Positions 10,185 through 22,893 are shown, numbered from the stretch's first letter. The stretch: DNA of 64,000 nucleotides from Guillardia theta CCMP2712 (GCF_000315625.1 NW_005434626.1:1-64000); one strand, 5' to 3'. The notes: generated by a model from the letters alone, not told the origin. Made by a program: numbers and translations.

Positions 10185-12578
10185 CTAGGCCTTCCACTCT
10201 GACGGAGGGCTGAGCCTTCTTGACGGGTACAGGAGAGGCTCCTCGAATACTCCCCCACCAGCCTGCATGCTGACAAGTGAGGCAGGCGGCGCGTCGTCGG
10301 TAGGCTCATCGTGTTTGGCTTGTGCCTCCTGCCTCCTTCCCGACGTCGTCGAAGCCCTATCATCCTGAGTCAGCCCTGACGCCTGAATAGCGTTAGTCTT
10401 CTTGGAGGGATAGAGGGAGATGTTTGCGCGGCCCTCGTGAGGGCGGTTTCGATCGTCAGCGCCCTGGGGCGACTGAGGGAGGGCAGAGGTCGCGTGCTCA
10501 AGGTTGGAGGAGACGTTGCGAGGAGACACGCCGTTGTCTGAGCTGCCATCGGCGCTCAGGAAGTCGTCGTACAGCTTCCTCCTGATAGCCATCGAGGTCC
10601 TAGAGGTGTTCATGTTGTCGCTGCGGTTGAACTCCCGCCCACGGTGCCGGGTCTCCGGGGCTCGCCAGACCCGAACGTCCTCCCTTCTCTTGAGCTCAAC
10701 TTGGATGTCTTGCCTCTGGTCCATGCAAGTGCTCCACAACAGCCTGAAGTCCTGGTCATGCTCCAGCATGCTCCTTGCCCCAGACTCCTCGCGCAGCTCC
10801 AGGTAGTAGAGCTCGACATCTTCGTCGCAGACCTCAAAGTGCCGGAGGATCGCGCTCAGCACTGTCTTCAAGGAAGGAGGCTCGTCGTTGAGCAGCGTCA
10901 GGCTATACACTGACCCCGCGTGGTGTGCGTGAAGGGCCACCGGACCTGGTAGGAGCGTCAGATTGCAAGGGAGCGAGGGCTGAAGTCACGGAGCCACCTT
11001 GATTCACCGGGTTCGACATGTTCCGGATCAGGTGGCAGATGTTGGTCTTGTGCAGGCTGTGAGCCGGGCCTCTCGCGCTCTCGCTCCCTGTCTTCCCTCC
11101 ACTGTGAGACGCCTGGCCAACCTCCTTGACGCTCCTCTCCTGGTGCAGCAGCCTCGTCCCTGTGGTGCGATCGATGCACTTGTGGGGCCATTGTCGGCAG
11201 GTCTGCGACTCTCTCCTCTCGCTCTCCCTCATCTCGTTCCCTGGATCCTTCTGAGTGGCCGGAGGATTCAGTGCGGGGGAGAAAACGGGGCCTAGCCCAA
11301 GGCTCGTCGGAGCTCCAAAGGAGGCGCCCGGGGTCTTGGGGGAAGAGGAGTTGGAATCGTTTAGCCCCTGCGAGGCGTCAGCAACTTCAGCCATCAGGTG
11401 TGGGTCCCACCATGTTGAGGTTGTCCAGCCTCTTGAGGTTCGGGTTCTGCTTCAGCAGCTCGGTGATGAACACGGCGTTCATGACATGCTGATAGTCCAG
11501 CGTGATCGACGGGGACAGGCGGAAGTGCTGCTCTCATCAGCCCCCGTCAGGACGGCAAGAGCAAGGAAGCTGTCTCCCACCTGCACATCGACCGTGTCCT
11601 CGGCCGACGTCAGGGTGACACGGAGGAGGGTGGAGTTGTTGCCGACGTACTGCCCCATGGCTCGGACACCCTCTATTTCAAGGTGGTTGCCGTGCAGAAA
11701 CAGCTCCTGCAGCGACTCGTTGACGCTCAAGCTCTTCCCGAGGAACAGAGCTCCCTTGTCGCACACCTGCCGCTCGCATGTCACGCAGTGCATACTCGCG
11801 AGCCCCGTGCCGTCAGGGCGCCGCTAACCTGGTTCTCAGCCATGTCGAGACAAGTCAGGGGGCAGCCCTTCACCTTCAACAGCTGGCTAATCGCGTGCAC
11901 CCCCTTGTCACAGATGGAGTTTCTCCTCAGGTTCAGAGCAGTGACGCTCCTCTTGCTCTCTCTCAGCGCCTTCACGACGTGTGCTCTGCGTGCAGCCGTC
12001 AGTACCACCCAGCACCACGAGACGATGGGAGGGCCGCACATCCCACTCGACGTCAGGAGGTTATTCGCCACGTTCATCGACGTCAGCATGGAGCAGGAGA
12101 GGAGGATTCGCTCTAAAGCATGCGCGCTCTCGTCCGTCGCCCTGTTGCAGTCCAGGAACAGCTCCCGTAAGCAGCCGCCCTCCTCCAACGCATGTGACAC
12201 CCGATGCACTCCCCCGTCGCCGAGGAGACAGCCGCTCAAGCGCAAGCTGGTCAACGACTGGGAGGAGGCGACGAGTCCTTGAAGAGCGATGATGGACTTT
12301 GGGCCGACCTTGTTCCTCCCCAGCTCCAAGACCTTCACGTCGTCTCTCCTTCTCACCTCTTCCAGTAACGTCGCGATCTCCTCATCGCTCAACCCCTGAC
12401 CCCAGACGTCCACTTGTCCGTTCCCATCGTTCAAAGCCTGGAGTACGGCATGGACTGAAGCCGATCCTCCTCCTACCCTCCAGCTAGTTGTTTGCGGAGG
12501 ACAGGGTTGAGACTGAGCACCTTGGTCCTGTGTCTCTTTGAAGGAGGAAGGAAACCAGTTCATAAGTGGTTTTAACAT
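10185..12578 (-). CDS. RNI-like leucine-rich repeat protein with a C-terminal PB1-like domain (multi-exon)
   Basis: About 28-aa LRRs (VKVLELGRNKVG, LTSLRLSGCLLGDGG, LRELFLDCN, VTALNLRRNSICDKG, LTCLDMAENQ, LQELFLHGNHLEIEG). The last exon has VYSLTL...LKTVLSAILRHF...VELYYLE...LEHDQDFRLLW...IQVEL, a PB1-like pattern. ATG at 12578 (MLKPLMNWF). Confidence 0.75.
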
Positions 12579-13433
12579 CCTTCTCCTCCTCCTCCTCTCA
12601 CCTCCTCCTACCTCTCCTCTTCCTTCACCTTCACCTCCTCCTCCTCCTCCTCTTCTCGGCTCTAACCTCTCAGGAGCTGCATCGATGTCTAATTGGGTCT
12701 GAGGAGGAGGTAGGGGTAGTATGCCACTAACGGGTAGGGGTAGTGGCCTGGGTACGATGGTCAGAACGGAATATGACGGAGGGTGGAGTGGGGTAGGCGA
12801 GGGAGGATTAGGGGGTGGGGGTGGTCTTGAGGGAATCAGTACTTTGTTGGACCCGGAAAAATTTTGAGAGAGGAGAGAGGGAGGGGAGGGGAGGGGAGGG
12901 GAGGGGATCAGAGGAGAGGAGATCAGAGGAGAGGGGAGGGGAGGGGAGGTAAGAGGAAGGCAGAGTAGCTTGCCAATTGTTCGGAAGACGAGAGACGTTG
13001 CGGTAGATAATCTGAGATAGGGAGAAGATGAAATTGCCGGAATTGAGAGCTTTGAAAGGGTGACGACGAACCATGCTCTTATCAGTCTATACCCGCTCAT
13101 GTCCTTGCTCTCGATCTTGCCAAGCAAAGCAGGCGCAAATTGAGTTTGTGTCTGAAGGAAGGAGGCATTGATTAATATTCAGAAGGCAGAACGCGTGTCT
13201 CGTTATAGCTCAGGAGTCACTGAAAAAGTGATCGGAACCCCCCTGAAAGATGTATCGCATGACACCTAGGGCATGAGCATCCTCCTTACCTTGGAGTCTC
13301 CACGAGCGTCAATGCGCATGAACTGCCTTGTGACAGGGCCAAGCTTCCACAGACAGTCATTCACGATCTCGATATACAAATAACTCTCAGCCCGACAAGA
13401 CATGAAATCAATTTATTTAGATACAAAAACCCA

Positions 13434-14396
13434 TTAGACATCAACATTCTTCTCTTCTACAATATGTATAAAATCAAAGTCGAACACGGACAAGTCCTCC
13501 GGCGCTGAGCCTTTGCTCCTTGCCCCCGGCCTGAGACTGCCATCGTTGAAGGACTTCCCGGACCTGGAGTTAGCGATCCGTCTGAAAATTTCAGTCGCCT
13601 TCCTATCGGCTACCTCAACGTCCTCACATTCGAGCGCCGCCCAGTCTGTTCGGTTCCTGGGCATCAAATGCGCCAGGGAGTAATGCTTTACATCCACAGC
13701 GTACAGGCTGGACTGTCTCGGATGTGAGCTCGGCAGGATCCCGTTGGCGATCACCTGGAGAGAGTGGCAAGGCGGCGGGGGCGAGATACAAGACTGTACA
13801 GAGAAGAGCATGCTCGGAATGTGGTTCGACTCGTCGTTTTCCTTCTCGCTGTGATCAAGCTGCGGCCCCTTGCACAGCTCGAACGACGTGCTCGCTCGCC
13901 TGTAGGCCTTCCCAGCGAAGGCAGTCGGAGACTCTCTGCGCTGAGTCACCACACTCTTGAACATGGGGCTCGCGCTGTTCCTCCGACGGTACTTGCTGCT
14001 GTCCCCTGGTGAATTCCGCAGCGTCCCGATGCCCTGAAGGTCTGGAGCCGGGGAAATGGAGTTGACATGAAGCAAAGATTGATTTCGATTGTTGATCTGA
14101 CCGTTGTCCCAGTGCGGACAGCCGAGCACACACACACTCTTTGATCTCAACCTTTTGTAATGCTCGTCCTCCCTGTGTTGTTCAGATGCAGACCTGTTGA
14201 AACTGCCTGTGTGTGGAGAATGCTGGTCTTTGCTGCGCACTTTCGATGTGAGAAGGTCTTTAGAAAAAAACATTCCATCTGATCTTCTCCTCATGAGTTT
14301 TTCAATGCAATTTTCGTTCATCATTGTTGCATTAGGCATGTCGGCCTTTAAAAGCGAGTAAGAGTGTTTCAGACCTGTTGTTAATTCTGTGACCAT
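13434..14396 (-). CDS. Hypothetical Ser/Arg-rich protein
   Basis: Uninterrupted ORF of about 320 aa with RRxS-type motifs (RRRNSASP, RRESP, RRAST). No domain recognised. Confidence 0.55.
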   Translation of the reverse strand: MVTELTTGLKHSYSLLKADMPNATMMNENCIEKLMRRRSDGMFFSKDLLTSKVRSKDQHSPHTGSFNRSASEQHREDEHYKRLRSKSVCVLGCPHWDNGQINNRNQSLLHVNSISPAPDLQGIGTLRNSPGDSSKYRRRNSASPMFKSVVTQRRESPTAFAGKAYRRASTSFELCKGPQLDHSEKENDESNHIPSMLFSVQSCISPPPPCHSLQVIANGILPSSHPRQSSLYAVDVKHYSLAHLMPRNRTDWAALECEDVEVADRKATEIFRRIANSRSGKSFNDGSLRPGARSKGSAPEDLSVFDFDFIHIVEEKNVDV

Positions 14397-15186
14397 GTAT
14401 ACATACTTCAGAAGAATCCCTTCCAAACCATGAAAATGTGATGAGCGCTTCTAATGGAGGAGGTGACGGGATGATGAGCAGGAGGATAGAGGATAGAGGC
14501 GCGAAGAAGATGTTCAGAGAGTATGCTCTGTTTGTGTGAGGGAATCAGCGTAGCAACGAAGGCGCAGCCAAAACGGTTTGGTTTGTTTTTTTGGGGAGAG
14601 TTGCACAATAACAACGATGTTTTTATTTCAATAGTCTATACATGATTGCTTATGAACTATATTGTTTATGTTGTTGTTCAATTGCATTTTTAATGCACCG
14701 TTTTTGCTTGTACCATAAAGTTTTTCGAAATAATGCTTGGCAGCCCCAAAAAAGACAAAAATTAAAAGGGACATTACAATATACTTTGTAGTTTACTGAA
14801 ATTGGTTAAAGTTTACTCTTGCTGACTTTTATTGTTCGTAATAAACTTTAAATAATTTTATATGGATGTCCTTGGTCAGCATCGAGCCAACCGCATTTAT
14901 TTGGGACCCCCAGGAACCAAAGACATCCACCCCTACCCCCCTAATGACACACCCTACCTACAAGAATTGGTTGACGACCACCCGTTTGGCTCTTTTCCAC
15001 CCCGCATTTCCTCTTTCCACACACAGAGATCAAATAACCCTACCCCCTATACACAGGCCAAATGTCACCCCCACCCCCAATAAACAGTACTCCTGTAAGC
15101 TAGTACGCCCACCCTGCCCTGGAATGGTACAATCTTGGTGGGGTGGGGTGATAATACCCTTAGGCGGGCCGGCTAGTGATGTTGCC

Positions 15187-15966
15187 ATGATGCCGCTAGA
15201 TTATTCCCAATGCTTCGACGAAGAGGGGGAGGTAACTCCATCGATGCTGCGGTCAGTTGAAGATGCGAAGGATGAAGAGAGACGAGACACAGCAGAGCAG
15301 ATGAAGAGAGATGGCAACGTGGCTTTCAAAGCTCATGAAGCGAAGAAAGCTCTCGGGTTCTATGCAAGAGGGATTGCGATGTTGGAATCGAAGGCGAAGA
15401 AGGCGAGTGAGACTAGTTCTCCAGCTCAGAAATCGAAATTCGAGTGCGGTTCCAAGATAACAATGGCGGTTCAGGACGGCGGGTTACAGATGGAAGGGAT
15501 CGTGAGCTGTGTGAATGGTGATGGCACCTATGACATAATGCTAGACTGCGGGGACGATCATGACAACGTCCCTGAGAGCAAGTTGAGGCTGATCGAAACC
15601 CAAGGAGACAACGCTAGCACGCAGGAGCTGCTGGCAGCCCTCTACCTGAATGCTGCTCGCTGCATGTACCAGTTGGAGCAGTACGCACAGGGGGCAAAAC
15701 TTGCCACAAAGTCGATCAGCTGCAATCCGACCAACGGTGCGGCATTCTTTGTCCGTGGCCGTTGCCGTCTTGGGATTCCTACGCTAGATGATGCGCGAGC
15801 AGATCTGCGGCAAGCGGTGGCATCCGACAGTGGAAACGCCGAGTTCAGAAACACTCTTGCTGAGTGTCAACGCAGGATCAAGGACAGGAACGAATCCAAC
15901 AGAGAGACCGCGCGCATGTTTCTCAACTACTGCAGGGAAGAGGGGATATCCGCTCCTACTCTGTGA
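15187..15966 (+). CDS. TPR co-chaperone-like protein with a Tudor-like domain inserted after TPR1
   Basis: TPR1 AEQMKRDGNVAFKAHEAKKALGFYARGI, TPR2 ALYLNAARCMYQLEQYAQG, TPR3 NPTNGAAFFVRGRCR...ARADLRQA. Insert FECGSKI...EGIVSCVNGDGTYDIMLDCGDDHDNVPESKLRLI. Single exon from the ATG at 15187. Confidence 0.8.
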   Translation: MMPLDYSQCFDEEGEVTPSMLRSVEDAKDEERRDTAEQMKRDGNVAFKAHEAKKALGFYARGIAMLESKAKKASETSSPAQKSKFECGSKITMAVQDGGLQMEGIVSCVNGDGTYDIMLDCGDDHDNVPESKLRLIETQGDNASTQELLAALYLNAARCMYQLEQYAQGAKLATKSISCNPTNGAAFFVRGRCRLGIPTLDDARADLRQAVASDSGNAEFRNTLAECQRRIKDRNESNRETARMFLNYCREEGISAPTL

Positions 15967-15971
15967 AGCAC

Positions 15972-16943
15972 TCATACCTTTTTTGCTCCCTCCCTCCCTC
16001 CCTCCCTCTCTCCCTTGCTTTCTAGTTTGCATGCGTACAGTTGCATCGATTCATTACCATCGTGAAGGGGTTCCGAAAATATCACAGAAGCAGGGAAGAA
16101 TGCCATGATATTGTTCAACCCTTTTTCATCTTCTTGCTTACAGCGCTGTATCATCCTTTTCCATGCTTCGATGTGTTGTTCATCGCCTTTCCCTATCTTT
16201 TCCACCTCAAAGATTTCACTCGAATCTGGGTAGTCGGATGACTCCTCCTGCAATGCTGGGTCACTATGATGAAGGTCGCCCCCCCCCCCCTCCGGCCACT
16301 CTTCCCCCCTCTCTCCACCTTAACACACAGCACATCCATGCAAAAAAACTCACCTTCTCTTTCTCTAGCTCGTGCAGAATGTGGGCTCTCCTGAATCTCT
16401 CGATTACCTCTTCGGGGATCTGTTCACAAACACTCATTTCTTCGGTACGAATTTGACGCAACGGTAACCAGATGTTGCCTCTGCTTCCAGTATTCAATAT
16501 CTTCCTTAGGAATGATCTAGGAGAAACAACATCAGTATGAAATCCAATTACATCTCATTCAGATGTACACATTCCGTCGGACCAGAATCGTCGAAATCTT
16601 GTATTCGCTTTGCCTCCTTGTACATCTTCTTTTCCTTTATCTTCCTTCTCCACGCTTTTGTGTGCCAGATCTTGCCAAAAGGATTCTGTTTCAACCCAGC
16701 CAACTCGTAGAAGGCTTTCTGGTCTACAACGCCGAATGAAGAACTATCCTCGTGCTGCGAACTTTGACTGTAATCGAAACTGACCTCCCCTGACGAGAAC
16801 TGCGATGAATCACCACCCCGCAAGGGGCTCAAGGAGACAAAGCAATGTGTGTTGGAACCATCGATGTACATCGGCATATTCGATTGGGCACCTAGCTTCA
16901 CCAAACTGATCACGTAGATGGCAAACAACTTCCGTCCTGACAT
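15972..16943 (-). CDS. Hypothetical protein with a signal-peptide-like N-terminus and an LRGG motif (multi-exon)
   Basis: MSGRKLFAIYVISLVKLGAQS...SLSPLRGG followed by acidic and basic segments. Further exons at about 16355-16520 and 16040-16250. 3' end approximate. Confidence 0.5.
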
Positions 16944-17988
16944 GCTTGCAGGGGGTGAAAGCTCCAAGTAGATCAGGAGCTGAGGCTTCCGATGTGTCAA
17001 CAGAGTCCTAGTCAGGCTTTCGTGATGAGACAAGCTTGTGGTGGGCAGGGAGGAAGAGGATCTTCGACGAACATGGACTTTCTTCCCTCCCCATCCCCAC
17101 CATGGCGCTGGAGATCCGGCGAATCGCGCGATTCTGTTGATTTGGATTCGATTGAAATCAGGCTCAATACAGCTGTCACACCACCCCGTAGTCCAATCAA
17201 AATTCAATAACCCCACCATACCTTTTTGTACCCCTACCCTTTTGATTGAGTCAGTACCTGGGTATTTTAGCTCGCTGATAAAGTCAAAGTGGGGGTATAA
17301 AAAAATATCACCTACCCATTAGTATCCCATACCCTATCTTTTTAGTACCCCTACCGTAGAACATTTGTATCACTTTTCAGACTGCTATCACATGCCCAAC
17401 ACGGCAGCGTTGTCCATGCACGAAGGCCCGGCTTCCTGGATCTGTTCGACCTGTCCTCCTCCTCACCCTGATATGATCTTCAGCCTCCATCTCCTCTCCC
17501 CTGGACATCCCTTTCCTATACGAGTCCTCTTCTCCTCCGCCATGTTGGACCAGTGCTGACTCATGGTCACGGGCAGCTTGCCCCCTTTGCAGCAGCGCGC
17601 CTCGCATTCTATCCTTGCTCATGCCATCTCCATGCCCCTATCATCGACATCTCGACGCAGTGTTTCCATGCTTGCATGACTTGCATCTCTGGCATCTTCT
17701 CTGGATCCATGCATCCCAAGCATGCACCGTGTCCACCTCTCCTTTGTATCCTGTCAAGCAAAGTTGAAGTCCATTTGACCAGACTTTCTATTTGATGGGT
17801 TGAACCATCATGCCTTGATGCTATCAATGTAATGAGTCCGATTGACACCAACCACAATTTCAATCTTGTTCATCGACCGTTTTTGAAACCTATCTTCTAA
17901 CGAAGATCGAACCGATGCCCGAAATCAGTTACTTCCCCAGTGCCATGTAAATGGTTGCAGAACATCGTTGTCTCACTTTCTTTGCAGC

Positions 17989-19345
17989 ATGGCAACACCG
18001 CTCTGCGGCGCAAAGGCAGCCAGACGACACCTCATTCTCATCAACATTGGAATATTCTTTCTTGGATTTGTCTTCATTATCGTGGGTGCGGTCACTTTAT
18101 CCCATGGTGCGACTTGACCTGTCGCCCTTGCTGCTCGATGATATTGAACGTTCCAGGTCAACTCTTCCAGCAGGCCATCGACAGATACTGCTCCGTCGAA
18201 TGCAAGACCATCAACTGCCAGGCTCGCGAATGCTCCTCGTCTCTCCCTTCCTGCGATTGTTCCACCGGACGGGTTTGCTGTGCTTGTGGAGTGGTAGAGG
18301 GATTCATGCATGCGCAGACGCTGCTGCCGGCGTACTTCTATGCTCCTGCCTCCGGACTGATTGCTGTTGGAGTCTTCTCCCTCGTGACATCTGTCTTGGG
18401 ATGTATAGGCGCGATCAGGCACAAAGCCCCGTGGCTGTGCGGGTGAGTTGGGGGAGCGCGGAAAACACTTTCATTGATGGGCGGTCTTGTCAGATACATC
18501 CTTGCGATCTCCTTCGTACTACTCTTGCAGTTTTCTTTCGGGGTTGCTGCGGCTCTGGTGTCGGGTATGGACCGCATACCCGATGTCATGATGCAGCTTT
18601 TCGACACGCAGTACAAGGACTTCGACTGGGTGATAATTGCGCACCTACTGCTCGCTCTCTGTCTCTACCTTGCACCTCCTCCACCTCTCTTCTCCTTCTT
18701 TCTCCTCTACCTCTCCTCCTCGCAACCTTTCTCATCTCGATGGTATCCTCTTCTCAACTTGATGCAGGAGTTCCTTAGGGATTTCCTTCCCCAAGCTTGT
18801 TACATAGCCAACAGCACAAGGGCTGATCGCAGCGTGATACTTGCCCGCACATCCTCCTCTCCTTGACCTCCGCCACCCCAGGTCACTCACTTCCCGGCGT
18901 GCGCCTGGAACGGGACTTGTGACACCGACACGTCATCGCGGATGCCCGTCAACTGTTGTACAGCAAACAACATGTGCGACTTTGGGTAATTGACCGTCAT
19001 GCTCACACCACAAGCGGACAGTCTGAGTTGATCGTCAGGAACTCCAAGTACTGCACGTCCAGTCAGAAGTGTGTCAGCGGCTTCCTCTCAAGTGTCGGGA
19101 CCCCCGTGGCGGTGGCCTGCTTGCTGACCCTGGTGACGCCCTTCCTGCGCTCTCTTCCCCTCTGAACGGCACCGGCCAGGTGCTTGAAATCTTCGCCATC
19201 TGGTGGGCCTGCATAATCAGACGAGAAACAAGGCCTGGAGGTATGCGAATGAGCCTGACTATGTGCGATTACTGACTCGTCATCCTCGATCTTGCTTGCT
19301 CGGGTGGGTCCAGGAGTTTTTGATCCATCTCGAAATCATCTCTGA
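17989..19345 (+). CDS. Tetraspanin-family protein (multi-exon)
   Basis: TM1 MATPLCGAKAARRHLILINIGIFFLGFVFIIVG, TM2 GLIAVGVFSLVTSVLGCIGAIR, TM3 YILAISFVLLLQFSFGVAA, Cys-rich EC2, TM4 VAVACLLTLVLEIFAIWWACII. Stop TGA at 19343-19345. Confidence 0.8.
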
Positions 19346-19982
19346 ATCAACCTCATGAACATTCCTTGTAAAATGAATCGACATTTTTGTGCAATGATGC
19401 TCAGATCCAAAGGGATTGCTGGCGAAAACAGCGATTCCTGGGCGAACACTCGTCCTGTCGTAACCCGTTGCCGCTGCCCCTTCTTCCTCCCTCTCCCTGA
19501 GTTGCTCAAGCTCAATAATCTGTTTCTGTTCTCCTCCTCTCTCTGCCCTCTACCCTCTGTCCTGTCTCCCGTGTTTCCTGCTCTGTGCTTCCTACATCAG
19601 TTTGCGTCCCCGACCACCTTTTATACCCCACATTTCGATATGTATTATGGGGGTCAGGGTACGATGTCATATAAACACAGCCGGGATCCGAAAGAAGTCA
19701 ATGAAGAAAGAATCTCAATGAGGGAGAGGGAGAGGGAGAGGGAGGGGAAGAGGGAGAGGGAGGGAGAGGGAGAGGGAGAGGGAGAGGGAGAGTTCTACAT
19801 CCAATATGCTTGTTTGTGGTGGTAAGGGAGCCATCGTGCAATGAAGTGAAAAGATGTGTTTGATTCCATCGAGCTTTGCGATCTGTTTGAAGTTCGCTGT
19901 ACCCTGTACTCGCTTCCCTGGTCATTCTCTCAAACTCCTCGTCCTGACGTGCTACCAGACAGAGCTTCGAGCATCTTCGGCG

Positions 19983-21487
19983 ATGATCAGCAGGGGCGTC
20001 CTTTGCCTCGTTTGCCTGAGCATGTCTGCACATGCGTTTGCTCCTTCCATCGGAGGTCAGCGATCGCTCGTCTCGAACCTCAGAGGCTGAGCTTCATGCA
20101 GGCAGCCCGGCAGCCCGGCAGCTCCACTGTCCTCCTCACGCCCTTGGTGTCGGGCAGGTCTGCAGACACTGTTGGTACCGGGCGGGCAGTGACGCTGCTG
20201 TCAAGGTATGCGCTGGCAAACGTGGATCGGCATGCCTGCTGGCTAAGAAAGGGCTGGACCCGTTTGAGGACAAGGCGAGGGCGGGATGGAAGGAGACAGG
20301 AGAGTCTCTCAGCAAGGCAGCCAGCTCCCGCGTCCCCGACGCCATAACCCAGACCGAAAACACGGCCAAGAGACAGCAGAACGCCGCGATGCGATCACGT
20401 CAGGCTGCGTTCGACATGGATGAGCCGGAGGCGCTGAGGAGGATGAGGGAAGAGCGGGAGAGGCAGGAAGCGGAGGAGGTGGAGGTGGAGGTTTGAGAAG
20501 GCGCATCGCGATGACGAGGAACAAGGTGGCGATGAAGGATGCGGCGAGGAGAGCGGAAGAAAAGAATTTTGTTGCTGGTCAGGACCTGCGAGAAAGCAGG
20601 TGAGGAGAGGAAAAGAGCAGGGAGGAGCACGGAGGAGGGAGGAGGGAGAGGGAGGGGGAGGGGGAGGGGGAGAGGGGGTAGGGAAATTAGAAATGACAAG
20701 TTGAATGTGCAGGTTAATCGACGAATATGAGCGACAGAAGAAGGAGAAAGAAGGCGCGGAGGAGGCGAGCAAGGGAGACATCCGAGCTCGTGTCAAGAGC
20801 ATGCAAGGCCTCGAGAAGAGGTGAAGACAAGGGGAGGAGGGGAACTGAGAACTTGAGGACACAGCAGAGTGAGGAGGAGAGACGAGAGGAGAAGAGGGTA
20901 GAGGAGTCAAGAGGAGAGAAGAAGCGACAAGGCCAGGAGCGGTTAGTGAGGGGATGTCACCATGTGATGACAGGCTGAGAGTGGACAGCGAGGCTCTCCT
21001 GCACCAGTCCATGTTGAACATGCAGCCACTGGAAGAGGTGAGCGGAGCGCGAAGAGGAGGAGGAGGAGGAGGAGGAGGAGGAGTCTGACAGGGAGAGGCA
21101 AGATCAAGGAGGAGGTGATGTCCTTCATGAACGACAGGCACCAGAAGGTTCGCTCCCCCCGCACCCCCCCCCCCCCCCTGCTGACTTGACTGACCACGAC
21201 GCTTCCTCCTCCTCCTCGTCTCGGCAGGAGCTTGCGGAGATTGTGATGCGGCACCATGAGGCGACGAGACAGACGGCTGGTGGGAGGGAGGAGGCAGGAG
21301 GCAGGAGGCAGGAGCGGAGGAGGCAGGAGGCAGGAGGCAGGAGGCAGGAGGCAGGAGGCAGGAGGGAGGTAGCGGCATCCGCCCGCTGAATTTCTGCGAC
21401 GGCAGAGAAGGCGAATGCTTGGATGAACGGCTCCTTCAGAATCAAGAGCGGAAGGTTGGATAGCCTTGAAAGCTGCTCCTGCTCCTG

Positions 21488-21538
<51 letters not shown>

Positions 21539-22772
21539 GCCATCTCCCTGAGCTATCGTCACAGCCAGCATCTTCCCCTTCCCCTTCCCCTTCCCCCTCT
21601 CGTTACCTCCAACTATACCTCAACTGGTGTTCCTCCTCAGTTCCTCGTCCTAGCTTGCTGTGCTCCCTCTCCCCTCCTCTCCTCCTGACAGCAGAATGAG
21701 ATTGTTCCTGAAGGTTGCTCGACATCACTAACAGCCACATGAGAATCCGCTCGGTCGTAGTCAGGACGAGTGAGCTTGACTAGCTGCCCTTCACCTTCCC
21801 CCTGCTGACGGGACTTGTTAAGATTTTTTCGGGAAGGAGGCGGAGGAAGAGCAGGAGATGCAAGTTGACTACCTGGACGGCAAGACGTGCGATGACGCAG
21901 ACTCGTTGAAGGTGAGGAGAGAAGGGAGTGAGCAAAGAGAGAGAAGGAGGGGAGGGGGGGAAGGGAGAGGAGGAGGGAGGTGAGGGAGGTGAGGGAAGGA
22001 GAGAGGACAAGGGAGGGAGAGAGGACAAGGGAGGGAGAGAGGACAAGGGAGGGAGAGAGGACAAGGGAGGGAGAGAGGACAAGGGAAGAGGGAGGGAGGT
22101 AGGGAGGGCAATCTTCTGACGGCGCCTCCTTCCCTTGCTCTCTCAGATGAGGATCATCGAGCTCCTGCAGTCCTGCGATCTCTTCCGATCGACCGCCTCC
22201 ATCCTCTCCATGCCCGTCGGGTCCCGCGGCTGGTCCGTCCCCGACCACTTGTTCCTCAACGGTCAGCCTGCAGGCCCATGAGAGCTGGGGATGGGGCTGA
22301 CGATTCTGCCGCAGAGATCCCCTGCAACACTGAGATCAGAGAATGGTTCTACCGAGACGTCTGCGATGCCGTTCAAGTCAGTCTCTCTCTTCCTCTTCCT
22401 CCTCCTTCCTCTCCTCCCTCTCCTCATCTCGCAGCTTCCTTGTCACTCCATCCTTGCCCTCCTCCTCCGCCTCCTCCTTCTCCTTCTCTGTCCCTCCTCC
22501 TTCTCTGTCCCTCCTCCTCCTCCTCCTCCAACTCTCCTCCCCAGTCCTTCTCGTCTCCCCACTTGCCTCCTCCTTGCCTACTTCTCCCTTGGTGTTCTCC
22601 TCCTCTTTTCTTTCCTGCTCTTGCCTAGTTCGACTCACTCGATTCATCTCCTCGTCACCCTTTGATTCCTTTCAGGTCGCTCTTCAGGACTCCAGGTTTC
22701 TTGAGTCCTGCGCTGGCAGGTGATTCCTCCCTCTCTTGACCTCCTCCGATCCCTTCTTCTGATGCTCCCTTC

Positions 22773-22817
<45 letters not shown>

Positions 22818-22824
22818 CTGCTGG

Positions 22825-22893
<69 letters not shown>

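Noticed and set aside
14866-15186. N-terminal 107 aa of the 366-aa TPR ORF
   Set aside because: Translates the ACCCC-rich intergenic island; the ATG at 15187 is the more plausible start.
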